A DNA stretch of 63,261 nucleotides, the filler included, from Rhabdomonas costata (taxonomy: Eukaryota), in assembly GCA_019059605.1 (NCBI GenBank). It is 34 parts of 34 records of this genome, joined end to end, with 100 filler letters (N's around TTAATTAATTAA, not from the genome) between each part and the next. Parts side by side here need not be neighbours in the genome. Positions count along the whole stretch, not along the records: positions 35,415 to 37,178 come from JAHMHO010009403.1; positions 37,279 to 39,040 come from JAHMHO010009404.1; positions 39,141 to 40,904 come from JAHMHO010009405.1; positions 41,005 to 42,768 come from JAHMHO010009406.1; positions 42,869 to 44,632 come from JAHMHO010009407.1; positions 44,733 to 46,496 come from JAHMHO010009408.1; positions 46,597 to 48,359 come from JAHMHO010009409.1; 27 more parts are not named here. The stretch is one strand, 5' to 3'. Under the pieces are notes generated by a model. That model made no database searches. It was not told the origin of the DNA and worked only from the letters and a program-made list of their open reading frames with translations. Numbering within the stretch: the first letter of the stretch is position 1; every line of letters starts with the position of its first letter. Below, in pieces: positions 35,488 to 46,939 of the stretch. Position numbers and translations under genes: made by a program.

Positions 35488-36536
35488 CTTCTGCAGAACG
35501 TGGCAAGTACCAACAGTTCCAGCATGAAGGTCCTCGGTGGAACTTTTGAGTTTACACGTTTCAGTGGATTTCCACAAATCTGTTGCAGAAAAGTACCGCG
35601 AGGTCACTGTTCTACAGCATCCACTGCCAGCAGGAAGCGGCAAATACACTTGTGGTGGCGGTGCATAGATATTGCCCTTTCGTGAGGTGCCACGTTGGCA
35701 CAGACTTGCACTCTCATTTTAATGTGAGAGCAACAACACAATGAGTAGGTCCTTTGCCACATTATTTCAGCGGCAATAAGAACGCAATTATCTGACAGTA
35801 TTGGCAACATGCTCTTGGTATCGGTCCCAAGGTGGATCGTTTTTCCAGCAGACAGGTTCATCAGCCGCTACGCTCTTTTTATACTGACACTAATGACCGA
35901 CCGGAAGAAAGCTACAATGTCTTCAACTATTCCCACCAAATCCTCTGAGACAATCCGACCTGGTCCTTTCTGGATCAAGTGTTTGCGAAAATTTTCGCTG
36001 AAAAAAGTCGCGTGCTTCTGGCCCACCGCACTGGGTGGTGCCGCTCGGTACACAAAGCTCGAAAGACTGGACAGAATTACAGTACTGGAAGAAGCTGTTT
36101 GTTTTGGACAAAAACGGCACGTTGAGACGGAGACCCATTTGGCCGAAGGTATTCTCGTGGATTAATCTGTCTGTACAAGACTGAGGTGGCTTTCAATCCA
36201 CCACCTCTTCTGATAAGGTAATCTGGTGTTTAACAGCCACACTTCCTGTTGGGCAATCTGCTGTTAAATTTCCACTACATGGGGGCAATACCGTTTACTG
36301 CCACCACCTGGCATCTGCAGTTTACTTTCAATCCGGGTAAGTTCCTAGCAATTGGTTCATTTTGATTAATCAATTGATTTTTCAGCTAGAATTTGCAGCA
36401 GGGGTGTTGTGGGAAACATCGGAAGAAGCACACACCCAGCACGATTACCAAACCTTTCACTCACCAAGTCTTCCTGGGTAGCCGGTTCTGTCCCCAAACG
36501 ACCTTTGAGGACGTACTCCCGCAGCAGAAGTAGCAT
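35488..36536 (-). CDS. Probable exons of an uncharacterised protein
   Basis: AG/GT-bounded open segments MLLLLREYVLKGRLGTEPATQEDL and KHATFFSENFRKHLIQKG...IVEDIVAFF; family unknown. Confidence 0.4.
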
Positions 36537-36918
36537 CTGAACCACAGCAGCGCAAAGCAGCCACAGACGCCCCACACACTCGCTAACGCCACCAAGGCGG
36601 AGCCCGAATGGTATCGCCTAATGGTCGATGTCCATTTATTAGATTTCCTCAATTGACCCTATTTCGAACATAATTTTGGCAGTGTCACTAAAAACCAGGA
36701 AGACTTAGTACGTTTTTCCAGAGTAAATTCTTGGTGTTGGAGGTTGTCACAAACCGGTTTGGCTGCGGCCATCGGTGTGCCCATGGCCACCACTTGGGTC
36801 CGATCAGGGCTGGTGGCATCGAGTGCCCGTTGCGCCCGTTCAAATTCGATCCCAAGCCAAGGCTGCAGCAGCAGAAAAGACTTTACGACCCCAGAGTTTG
36901 GAATTGAGAGTTTTTAGC

Positions 36919-37170
36919 TTTTGTCTTGCGGGACCCTTTGCTGTGGATTTTTCTGGTGCAGACCCCGTTTATTTTTACGCATCCGCATTATTCTTTCTTT
37001 TTTTACAGTTTACAGTCCAAAGGATGACAGCTATCAGCACGGACATACCGGTATATGGCGACCAGGCTTTGGACTGTAAACTGTAAAAAAAGAAAGAATA
37101 ATGCGGATGCGTAAAAATAAACGGGGTCTGCACCAGAAAAATCCACAGCAAAGGGTCCCGCAAGACAAAA
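36919..37170. repeat. Contig-terminal fold-back (~100-bp stem), example of about ten such ends
   Basis: 36919-37020 is the reverse complement of 37069-37170; similar at 20314-20404, 22132-22265, 24066-24132, 37283-37476, 50329-50495, 54053-54142, 59644-59833, 63116-63254. Confidence 0.92.
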
Positions 37171-37299
37171 CCCAAAAANNNNNNNNNNNNNNNNNNNNNN
37201 NNNNNNNNNNNNNNNNNNNNNNTTAATTAATTAANNNNNNNNNNNNNNNNNNNNNNNNNNNNNNNNNNNNNNNNNNNNGTGGTGTTTTTCGCATCATCT

Positions 37300-38645
37300 T
37301 CATGTAGAAGAATACGACAAGGACGGCGGCCAGCGGGATGCCCAGCCCGTACCCCAGCGCAAAAATCACGGAGAGCATGCGGTACAAGTAGTACCTTTCC
37401 GTGCACTCGACCCTGCCCAAAGAGAGACCCCACCCGCGAATGTTACGATACATGCACATGAAGATGATGCGAAAAACATAGAAATACGCAAATACCAGTG
37501 CCCGGGATTCACTCCCCTCTTCATGAGCACAAAAGAGTATCGCTTGTGCACAATCAAAAGGTGGCAGGGCGTGACACAAAGGGAAATTTTCTTTGGTATG
37601 TTTCTCCCAATGTCGGCTCCTTCTTCCTGCAGTCCTTTTTCCTTTTTCGTGCGTAAGAGAGGGGGGGGATTATATGGCCTGACTCAACTAAGCAGTAAGA
37701 AAAGAAGGAAATAGTTTGAAAAGCAAGCCCACCCGCCGTGTGGTGGGAGCCCAGCTTTTTCACCACCCGTTTCACCTACCAGGTTCTTGTAGTCCGAAAA
37801 CGCCTGATTTAGTGCAGAGTTGTGACTTTTTCGAGGTGTGACTTTGATGGAAATCTCCGCAATGGTGATCAAGGATTGGACTGGTTTACGTTGTTTTCTT
37901 TCACTCCGCACTGCCCTCCGTAACACCGCCCCGCCCTGTGGGCCTGAAAATAAGTCATGATGAAGGGCCTCTACAATCTCAAACAAAGCCACATAATCAG
38001 GGTAACCGCGTCAAAACGCCCTCGCGAAAATGTGATCTCTCTGGGTGTCACCTCAAAGGTTAAAAAGATACTAACTACAAAAAAAACAGACGCTAATCTT
38101 GGGCAGTAGGAGCCTAGTTTTTTTTCACCATCCGTCTTAGCTTCTCGGTCCAAAAAAGTGAAATGTAGTGCATACTTTTTTGAGTCCAGGTTTTTTCGAG
38201 GTGACGCGGAAACAATATTCCGAGCCAACTTTCGTGGAACTGCGCAACTTGGATGAATTGTCTGCAATCGATGATCAAGAATTGGACTGGATTGGACTGT
38301 ATCGTTGATCACTTTTTTCGTTCTACACTGCCGTCCCTCGGAATGAAGCGCATCTAATACTCAAACAGCAACAGGGCACACAATTCGGGCAACCGCGCCA
38401 AAACGCGAGGAAATGTACCCGATCTCTCCGGCACATATGAATGAGCACATTCGATGTGTGCTGTGAAGAGAGGCAGCCGGGAGGCGAGGAAGTGAGGGGC
38501 AGTGCCCCCGAAGGAGAAGGACCTCATATCTACAGTGAGGTAGGACCGGACATCGCCCTTGGCCACCTCGATGTCCTGGCACTTGAACATGTTGGCACAG
38601 GTCTGCAGCAGCGTCGGGTAGATCATAAACAGCACGATCACCAGG
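37300..38645 (-). CDS. Multi-pass membrane protein (common protist C-terminal multi-TM module), exons 38645-38523 and 37412-~37300
   Basis: VLFMIYPTLLQTCANMFKC...SYLTVDMR|VECTERYY..RMLSVIFALGYGLGIPL: YP...F.C...YL..D..V.C...Y..GIP pattern. Confidence 0.75.
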
Positions 38646-39040
38646 CTGGCGATCAGGATCTAAGGTGCCAAGGCCCCACCCAACCCCAACACACCCACCA
38701 CCACAACAACAAAAACCACTCACAACCACACAGGTTTTAACGCGAAGGTCCATCGGTAGTTTAATCTCAGAGCTGCACCCCCACAGCCTAAATATGCCGC
38801 CTCTTCCAGCCCGTCTGAACAAAATAACACTCATAATCCACTCACGAAGCAATTCACCACCACTTCGCTCAACTCAACGTGCTATTCTTGCTCCTTGCGA
38901 GACCCCACCCGCGAATGTTAACGAAATATGCACATGAAGATGATGCGAAATGCAAAGAAATATGCAAATACCAGTGCCCGGGATTCACTCCCCTCTTCAT
39001 GAGCACAAAAGAGTATCGCTTGTGCACAATCAAAAGGTGG
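37424..39040 (+). repeat. ~140-bp diverged direct repeat (37424-37564 / 38899-39040)
   Basis: GAGACCCCACCCGCGAATGTTA...CACAATCAAAAGGTGG twice, substitutions and an indel confined to the first half. Confidence 0.92.
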
Positions 39041-40039
39041 NNNNNNNNNNNNNNNNNNNNNNNNNNNNNNNNNNNNNNNNNNNNTTAATTAATTAANNNN
39101 NNNNNNNNNNNNNNNNNNNNNNNNNNNNNNNNNNNNNNNNGGTGGTGGTTTGCGACCCTGCTTATCTGAAAGTCGCAGCCACCGGCGCCGTGATGCCTTA
39201 TTTATGCCTTATTTATGGGCACAACGGTAGTGGTATACGGTCTTGCGGGTTTTCAACGTGACCTAATCTCGTTGCACGGTTCCCTTGCTTTTTTGTGATC
39301 ACCTGGATGTCATCCGTGGCATTGGCCTAGTCCCTCCATTTTTTCCGGGGCAAGTTGGGCTGAGGCGAGGGAGGCTCGTTTGTGGAGGAGAAGGTAACGC
39401 TTCGCTGGGTTTTCGTTTTGTTTGAAAAAGCTGCAGTGGAGAACGGGTGTTGCCATGTTCAAATGGTCACGCTGTCCACCCGCGGAAACTCTGTTCCGCT
39501 CCGTGTCACACGCAGCTCAGGTTGCATGCTATCTCATCATAGCACAGATCGACTGACCTCCCCTTGCACCTGCTCTGTCCTTTGCTTCCTTTCGCTCTTT
39601 CTTCGTTTTGGTCTTTTGCAACTTCGGCACCTGACCTTGCCTCTGGCCACGCTTCCACCAGTGGTTTTGCGCCACGAGCACCACCAGGGCATCCGATGGG
39701 CAAGCACCGCGTTATCCCCCCTCCACTCCCGCAGTTTCTCCCTTCTGGTTACCACTTGCCCGCCCATTCTACCTCAACCATACCCCCCCACACACTTTGT
39801 GTTTTGGTGAAGTTCTCTCTGTCCGACGGTGGTTCTGCTCTATCCGACATTGTCGGTATGAATACTGGCGGACCTTTTGTCGATCGATCGAAACGATCGA
39901 AACGATCGAGAGAGAGAGTGCTGGAAAGATAATGCTGGGTTTGTTTTGCACTTGCAGCTTACAAACTGACTACTCCTTTGTTTGTTTGTGCTTTTTTTTT
40001 TGCACAAACAAAATGTGCTGGACTTGCAAGGCAAAAAGC

Positions 40040-40891
40040 TCCCGAGGCTTCGGTAGGATTGGGGGAAAGCGGTGGGAGGTTGTGTTGATCTCTGCCATCA
40101 AAGTGTTCCACGCCTGGGGGACAGTCTGCTGGTATGGGTGGATCATCCTCCGCCTCCGCCTCCGGAGCTGAAAAACAGAACACCGGTGCAAGTAGATGGG
40201 AAAGGCAGTGAGAAAATAAGAATAGAAGCGTAAACCTACTGCATGAAACGGAATTAGGTAGCAATGTTCAGCGAAGGGAAAAAAGTAAGGGAGAGAGGAG
40301 AGGGGGTTGGAGGACTGATGAAACTCCTTCGAAGGAGAGCTGGACATCAAGTCCTTGGCAATAAAAGGGTTGGTCAAACATCGACATCAACTTGGATTGT
40401 GGAGCTTGTTTGCTGAAACATGAGAAGACATGGCCCCACCTCCGACCGACTTGGAGGACGTTAGGGTGAGAGAGGTTTACCCCAGCACACAAATTTTGCG
40501 GCAAGCAATAAATTAACTCGATAAGATGGCGAACGAGAAGACAGTCCAGCTACACCTATGGGGTTCTTCAGAGGCACGACCACCTCCGAGAGCTCCAGAT
40601 CCCGCGGAGTCTGGGGCCCCGGGTCGTGCTCCAGCAGCCCGTACCCCAGCGTCCACCGGGCCAGGCTCTGCAGCAGGGTGACCACCATGATCATCGCAAT
40701 GGCCCGGCTGCGCACCCGGGCCATCGTGTCCGGGGGGGTGACCCCAGCACGCCCCAGGAGAGCCCAGTTAGTGAGCATCAGGGACTCCGTGATGGCTAGC
40801 GGGATGGAAGTAGTGTTGGGCAGCGCCAGGCAGGCCATCGCCAGCCTGCGCTGCGCCCGGCTCAGCCGAAGCACCACTCCCAAAAGGCTCC
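40040..40891 (-). CDS. Auxin efflux carrier family (PILS-like, Mem_trans) transporter, exon 40891-40556 plus probable loop exon near 40168-40040
   Basis: AMACLALPNTTSIPLAITESL...RAIAMIMVVTLLQSLARWTLGYGLL matches the N...(L/I)PL and WTxGY motifs. Confidence 0.78.
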
Positions 40892-41391
40892 CTGGAACAC
40901 ACCCNNNNNNNNNNNNNNNNNNNNNNNNNNNNNNNNNNNNNNNNNNNNTTAATTAATTAANNNNNNNNNNNNNNNNNNNNNNNNNNNNNNNNNNNNNNNN
41001 NNNNACCGCACCTATTCATTTGGGTGGGATGGGGTGGATAACTGAAGGAAGTCCTGCACGCTACAATCGGCCGACGTCTCACAGAATCCCGTCCATTGCG
41101 ATCGATATACCTTCTTCATTTTACGGTGCCTTTCTTTTGTACGCTGCACACACAGGTTCGAATTCGTTACGAACAAATGTTGGTTTGGAGGCCCTCTTCC
41201 CTATTGCGTTTGCGTTTATGTTTTGTGTTTGTGTATATTGTGTTTGAGTGAGCGTGCTCGTGCGTGCGAATGTTGAGAGCATAGCAGGCTGGCGGCTGCA
41301 CGGCTGCCACAGTATATCCACCGCTCCTTGCTCCCAGTGCCAGGGACGCCCACACTGTCCAAGCAGTTACCACCCAAGTACGCCCGCGCAC

Positions 41392-42389
41392 CCCAATCAT
41401 GGCCTCCCTGGCGTCCTCCACCAGCAGGCACATCTGGCTAGCCGGGATCCGGCCCATACGAAGCAACGACATAGCCACGTTGACCGTGTCCGAGCTCTTG
41501 ACGTGGTACACCAGGTACGCCGACCTCGGGCTCGCCTCACTGCTGTCCACCACCTTTGTGGTTCAGAGTGTTGTTGGAATAGCTTTTCCCGCACATACCG
41601 CGACCCGTACATTTCTTTCCGCGCGTTCTGTTTCAAGCATCACAAGTATCATAAGTACTTTTGGGCACAAAATCCTGCACAACACATAACAGCACATCAT
41701 GGCGGGTTAAACCTCACCAAAGACATAGTATACGTTGCTGGACATGTAAACAGGGCAGTCCCGAAAAAATGGAAAGGGCAGCGGTTGTATCCCAGAGGGT
41801 TTTTTTTTTAGTATACAGGTATTATGCAAGGGTGCTATGCTTTCTGCCTGCTCACCTTCGTCACTTGCTCCCAAGAGAAAGTCCAAAAGGAATCAAGCAA
41901 ACCGGTGCAATTGACGTTGTTTTGGGGGCAACGGTCCTCCTGCTAACACGGGAACAGGTCTCCTAACCCCCTTACCGTAATATACAGTCACTTCGAGGGT
42001 GCTTGCATTAGCTACCTTTTGCAAGTAAAAAAGAACAATTGTGATACGGTTTCTCTAACCACTGCCACTAGCCCCCAACTTCAATTGGGCCTGCGAAACC
42101 CCCAAGCAAACGAGGAGCGAGGGGACCAAGACGAACCACGAACCCGAGATAACAGCCGGCGCCAATCAAAATGAATCCCTGAGGATCCTGGCATTCATTG
42201 TAAGTGTAGAGTGGTGACTGGCCAATAAGCTGCCAAAAACCTCAGGAGCGGGGTCACTGCGCACACCTCGATGTTGTGACTGTGGAAAATCTTCTTGGCG
42301 CCCGCGAACAGACCCTGGTCCGTGGTATCCACAGCGAGCTCTGTGATGCCGGGCTGGCTGCGGCGGAGACTCCTCCACCAACAAAGCAC
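41392..42389 (-). CDS. Uncharacterised protein (alpha/beta, possibly RCK-like), exons 42389-42267 and 41553-41392
   Basis: In-frame GT-AG join AKKIFHSHNIE|VVDSSEASPRSAYLVYHVKSSDTVNVAMSLL...MCLLVED. Confidence 0.45.
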
Positions 42390-42907
42390 CTGGCAGCAGG
42401 GAAAAGGCGCAATGTGTCTGCGTGCGCCCGGTAAGGGCGTGTGAGAGAGCGGGTAGAAATCACATCATCACTCATCGGCACTTGGAGCATTCCATGACCA
42501 TCTCTGGAAAGGTAGTCCCCCTCACTCCCAGCGAAGCGACCCCACGAAAAGCTGAAGCAAGACCTCTCTAAGATGGTGGAAGAAGACTCAGACTCAGACT
42601 CGTAGCTTACAGTTAGAGCTTGGAATGGGGACCCAACCTCAGCCCCATCGGTCTGCATCGTCCCCATCGGTGTGGGGTGACCACATTTCTCCACCGGCAG
42701 ATGAAACGTTTCTGAGACCAAGCCACACAAAAAGCGAACCAAAGACGTAAGGAGCGGAAACAACCACCNNNNNNNNNNNNNNNNNNNNNNNNNNNNNNNN
42801 NNNNNNNNNNNNTTAATTAATTAANNNNNNNNNNNNNNNNNNNNNNNNNNNNNNNNNNNNNNNNNNNNTTTGTTTGGGTACCAGGATGTGAGGGGGTGTT
42901 CATGCAG

Positions 42908-43085
42908 TGTGCCTTGAGCTGCTGAAGGATTTCCTGGGGCCTGGAACTCGGTCTCTGGACGTTGGCAGTGGATCAGGTTACCTCACGGCGTGCATGGCAG
43001 AGATGGGGAGCGAGGTGTACGGCATCGAGTACGTACCCGAGCTGGTGCCCATCTCGCTGAAAAACCTCGAGGCAGACGGAAAGGG
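42908..43085 (+). CDS. PCMT1: Protein-L-isoaspartate O-methyltransferase, internal exon
   Basis: [33 protein letters not shown]...[29 protein letters not shown] motif in PIMT context. Confidence 0.9.
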
Positions 43086-43164
43086 GTATTATGTAGAGCG
43101 CGAAACATTTTGGGGTTTTGAGCTTTTTTCTCAGAAACGCAAATAAGAATGGGGGGCGAAGCCG

Positions 43165-43745
43165 AAGCAGGCCTGGGGTCTTTTGTATATACAGCATGTC
43201 TCCCGAAACGCTGGAGATTCAAGACCTTTCACCATCGGCCGGTTGTAGTGCCTCTTGGCAGCTCTTTCCCAACCCTTTTGCACCGCTTCGTGCCCCACGC
43301 ACCGGAGGATTTACGACAGCACAACGTACTTTACAACGAACCACCCGCGCCGTAAGGGGCTCGGCACTGGCTCTTGGCCGCCCACAAAAATCGCTGCATC
43401 ACTGTCACCCCATGTTTACCGGCGAGTCCACCTGCCTGGCCCGCGCCAGCTGCCGCGCCACAGCACGCCACAGCGCATGGGCCACATGCACCCATGCCTC
43501 CGTATTCACCTCACGAAACCCCTCCCCAGTTTTCAGGGCCCGCTTCCGCGCCAGCTGCCGCACGAAGCGCTGCCCCGATTGGCACCACGCCCCAGTTGTC
43601 TCCATGACAACAGCCCAGACGTCCCAACCCCGCTCCTTGCAGAGCTCGCCGTACTGCTTGACCTTCTCCGCGCGAGCTTCAGCCGCCGCCCCAGCCGTCA
43701 CCGCCGCTTGCGCTGGGCGCGAAGGGTGCAGCGGGTAGGTCCAGG
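43165..43745 (-). mobile_element. 5'-truncated non-LTR retrotransposon (CRE/SLACS-like): restriction-like endonuclease C-terminus (to stop at 43405) plus 3' UTR
   Basis: PL...AGAAAEARAEKVKQYGELCKERGWDVWAVVMETTGAW...FVRQLA...ALWRAVARQL = K..KY...C...ET.G.W signature of RLE-type elements; 3' motif recurs at 31038-31084. Confidence 0.78.
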
Positions 43746-44015
43746 TCCCTGAGCACACGCGGTTGAATCTCGATTAGACAACATTTGACAGACTTTTTTT
43801 TTTGCATGTTTGTGTTTCAGGTTTTTTGTTCTCTTACACGTGGCGTTTTTGCGGCCATTTACTCGTTTTCGGTGCTTACAAGTTCTTTGGCTTCTGAGGG
43901 AAACTCAGCAACAGTCTTCGGTCTGATGAAAGCCTTCCGCGACTGGTGCTGCGATTGGCATCGCTGCTAGTCTTTAAAACGGCGTATTGAGAGCCAGCGC
44001 AAGATTCTTGTAGCC

Positions 44016-44625
44016 TTGCTGCTTCCCATGCTCTTGCTCTGGGCTTTGGGAATCAGAGGTTTGCTTGGTTTCAAGCTTGTTCGAACCCTGGAAGGCAACC
44101 GTATTTTGGTTATTTTCGCATTTCCGTTTTGTCCACTGTCTTGCATTTTCAGAAGTTGTCAACCAAACTGTGACACTGGGGTCAATGCAGCAGGTTGACT
44201 CTTTCGTTTCTCTGGCAACAGTCATGAGCGCGGCCATGGATGATCTCCAGTTGGAACGGGGTTACAGCTTCGTTTTTGTCACCTCTGGAGGTCTGTACTG
44301 CCTGAATCCCCAACCATTCTTTTGTTTCCGGTGGGAGTGTTTGGCTTGAAACCTTTATTATTGAACTTTTGTTGTTGAATGGTTGCTGTGTAATCTGAGA
44401 GAGTCCTACCAGCACTTTCTGTTTGCTATATTTGTCTTCTGGAAAGGTCTGAGCTTTGCTGCGGAAGTACTTCAGCAACAACGTCTATCAGGCGTGACAG
44501 TGGGTCAGCTGGCGGACAGGCTGGTCGCTGGGTTCTTGCCTGCGGCTGTTACTTCTCTACCAAACTTGCGGTCTCTGTTTGTTTCCCTCGAGACCTTGTC
44601 TGAGTTGCAAACGAGGGTTCAAACA
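44016..44625 (+). CDS. Membrane receptor with NIT (nitrate/nitrite-sensing) domain; exons ~44016-44100, 44153-44290, 44447-contig end
   Basis: Hydrophobic LLLPMLLLWALGI then SAAMDDLQLERGYSFVFVTSG|GLSFAAEVLQQQR, matching NIT consensus HELQ.ERG.S..F..S.G..F...L..QR. Confidence 0.7.
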
Positions 44626-45609
44626 ACCAACANNNNNNNNNNNNNNNNNNNNNNNNNNNNNNNNNNNNNNNNNNNNTTAATTAATTAANNNNNNNNNNNN
44701 NNNNNNNNNNNNNNNNNNNNNNNNNNNNNNNNTTTTTGGTTTCTGGGTATTTTCAGTTTTTGTGTGTTGGCAACGTTCTTCACTGTGCGCCCCCCATTCT
44801 CTCTCTTACTCTTACTTTCACTCTCTCTGTTTGGGTGAGGAATATGAAATGAGTGGTGGCGCAGAAGGCGCTAAAGCCGGATCCTTGATGTTGACACTCT
44901 CTCCAGGGGGAGAGAGAGGATCCCCTCTTCGGCTCGAAGAGCTCTTCCTCCCTTTCCTCCTCTTTTCAATGCTTCTTTTTGCACTATGAGCTTTCGGACT
45001 GGACGCTATGGCGATGACGTTGTGTTTGTGTTTGAAGGCTGGTATTGAAGAGGCTGCGCCGAAGCAGATCAGGGTTTTTTGCATGCACAACAGGCCTCCC
45101 GACGCTGCGTGGCCATGTTCTTGGGGTCAGAGTAAGAATTCGTTGGCGTGTTCACTCATGCCCTTGTGTGTTTCATGAATCTCGCTTTTAGAAGTTGAAA
45201 ATGTCTCCCCAATTCCTTTATAAATGTATATTGCCCACTGTGTATCACCAGCCTTGCTGCTGTGATTCTCCTTTTACACAAGATGCCCCATCCAGTGGCA
45301 TCCCTTGGTCGCTTATTCGTTCTTTGTTGTCGCCAGTCCTGAGCGAAAGGGCGAGAGTAGCACAGGCAATAAATTACAGCAAGAAGAGGGGGTGTAGTGG
45401 GTGGGGAAGTGGCCCGTAGATCGCGAGCCTCCCAACAGTCTGCTTTTGAGAAGGGTGGGTCATAATTGCTCAGACTGTTGTTTTCTCGTTAACGATGCGA
45501 CAGGAATCTCTTTCCTGACAATAAAAAATCGCAATTATATTTGCATTCAGTTCCAACCTTTCTTCACCCCAGATTGATGAACAAGATAAGAAAAAGCAAG
45601 AGACAAGAC

Positions 45610-45694
45610 CTGGCTCGGTGATTATCAGCTGGACATCTGACTTCAATTTACCCCATAGGTCCTGGAAGTCGCAGGTTGAAGTGCGCAGGGACAT
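45610..45694 (-). CDS. Probable cullin, first coding exon
   Basis: MSLRTSTCDFQDLWGKLKSDVQLII resembles the cullin N-terminus (MSL....DF...W.KL...I..VV); GT donor follows. Confidence 0.5.
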
Positions 45695-46260
45695 TGGGAA
45701 CGAATTGTAACTACATGTTGTAAGTTGCGTCAAAAACGCGATAATACCTTTGGTTTTTATTTAACGAGGTGGAATTTACCGATAGTATACTAATAGCAAA
45801 GACAGCAGGGAGAAGGCTTAGACCTTTAGGCAAAAAGGAAATAACGTACGCTGCGAGCGAGGAAGGAAAGTGTGGGGTCAAGTGATCATTGTAAGAAAAT
45901 GTGAAGAAAGAAACGCAGCACACGCACCGCCGACGTAGTCTGATTCAAAAGGACAAAGGCAACGATATTCCCAGAAGAAAGGAGAGAGCTCGCAGGTTTT
46001 CGTAGGCCGTAGGTCGTTCGCGGCATGCAGGGGCCCCCAGCGGCACGGTTTCGGCAGGCGTGGCAAAAACAGTGGGGAACAAATCAGAATACCCCCAAAA
46101 GCTCAAATTTCCCCCAAATGCAGACAGGCTGTGAACTCAATGTTGAACAATATTCAAATCGGGACAGGCAAGGATAAACACGCGGCTCAGCTCAATTCAA
46201 GAAATTATTGAAATGTATATTGTATATTGCTTGTCACGGACAATTTTATGAATTTTTCAA

Positions 46261-46496
46261 ATGGCTTTTATTCGTGAAGAAAAAAATAAAATTGAAATTA
46301 AAAAATGGTCTGATGCAATAGATATAAGGCGGAACATGTATTATATCAAGCCTGCGAGTAATAAAAACAAATGTCTAAGTTACATATATAATGAACTTCT
46401 CACCAGACTACATGAAATTTCGACTTGGGAAAATAAGCTACCAGAACTTGTAAAGGATGACAAATATAAATGGATCACAAAGAATCACAAAAAAAC
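46261..46496 (+). CDS. AT-rich open reading frame, truncated by contig end, origin unknown
   Basis: 78 open codons MAFIREEKNKIEIKKWSDAID... in DNA markedly more AT-rich than other exons. Confidence 0.35.
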
Positions 46497-46683
46497 NNNN
46501 NNNNNNNNNNNNNNNNNNNNNNNNNNNNNNNNNNNNNNNNTTAATTAATTAANNNNNNNNNNNNNNNNNNNNNNNNNNNNNNNNNNNNNNNNNNNNTGTT
46601 GGTTTGCATGTACATCCTTACCACTCTGGATGGTTTACTCGTTAAGGTCTGCGTATGTGCGAATCATCGCTGCCTTTTCCCAG

Positions 46684-46939
46684 GCCTCTTGTGGTGGAGC
46701 AGATCACTCGAGTCACACGGCGGCTGGTGCAAACCTCTGGGCTTTTCCAGTATCTCGACAGCTGGGCGCTGACCTTCCCCTTGCACTGGGACGACACCTA
46801 CTCCGATGGTCACCATTACTCCGCCTCTCGAAACAAGATGGGGGAGTATATGCAGCTGCAGATAATGCTGAATCACCTGTGCACGCCGCCTTCTGCGGCG
46901 AATAATACCGCTGTCGCCTCCGGAAACCCCCAAGGTTAG
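46684..46939 (+). CDS. SGNH/PC-esterase-like acyl-esterase, final exon
   Basis: YLDSWALT...SDGHHY...QLQIMLNHLC = D.W..T...DxxH...QI.LN.LC C-terminal pattern. Confidence 0.65.

Noticed and set aside
38673-38731. Internal C/A-only tract as a functional element
   Set aside because: Low complexity, resembles a primer concatemer or microsatellite; cannot be distinguished from sequence alone.
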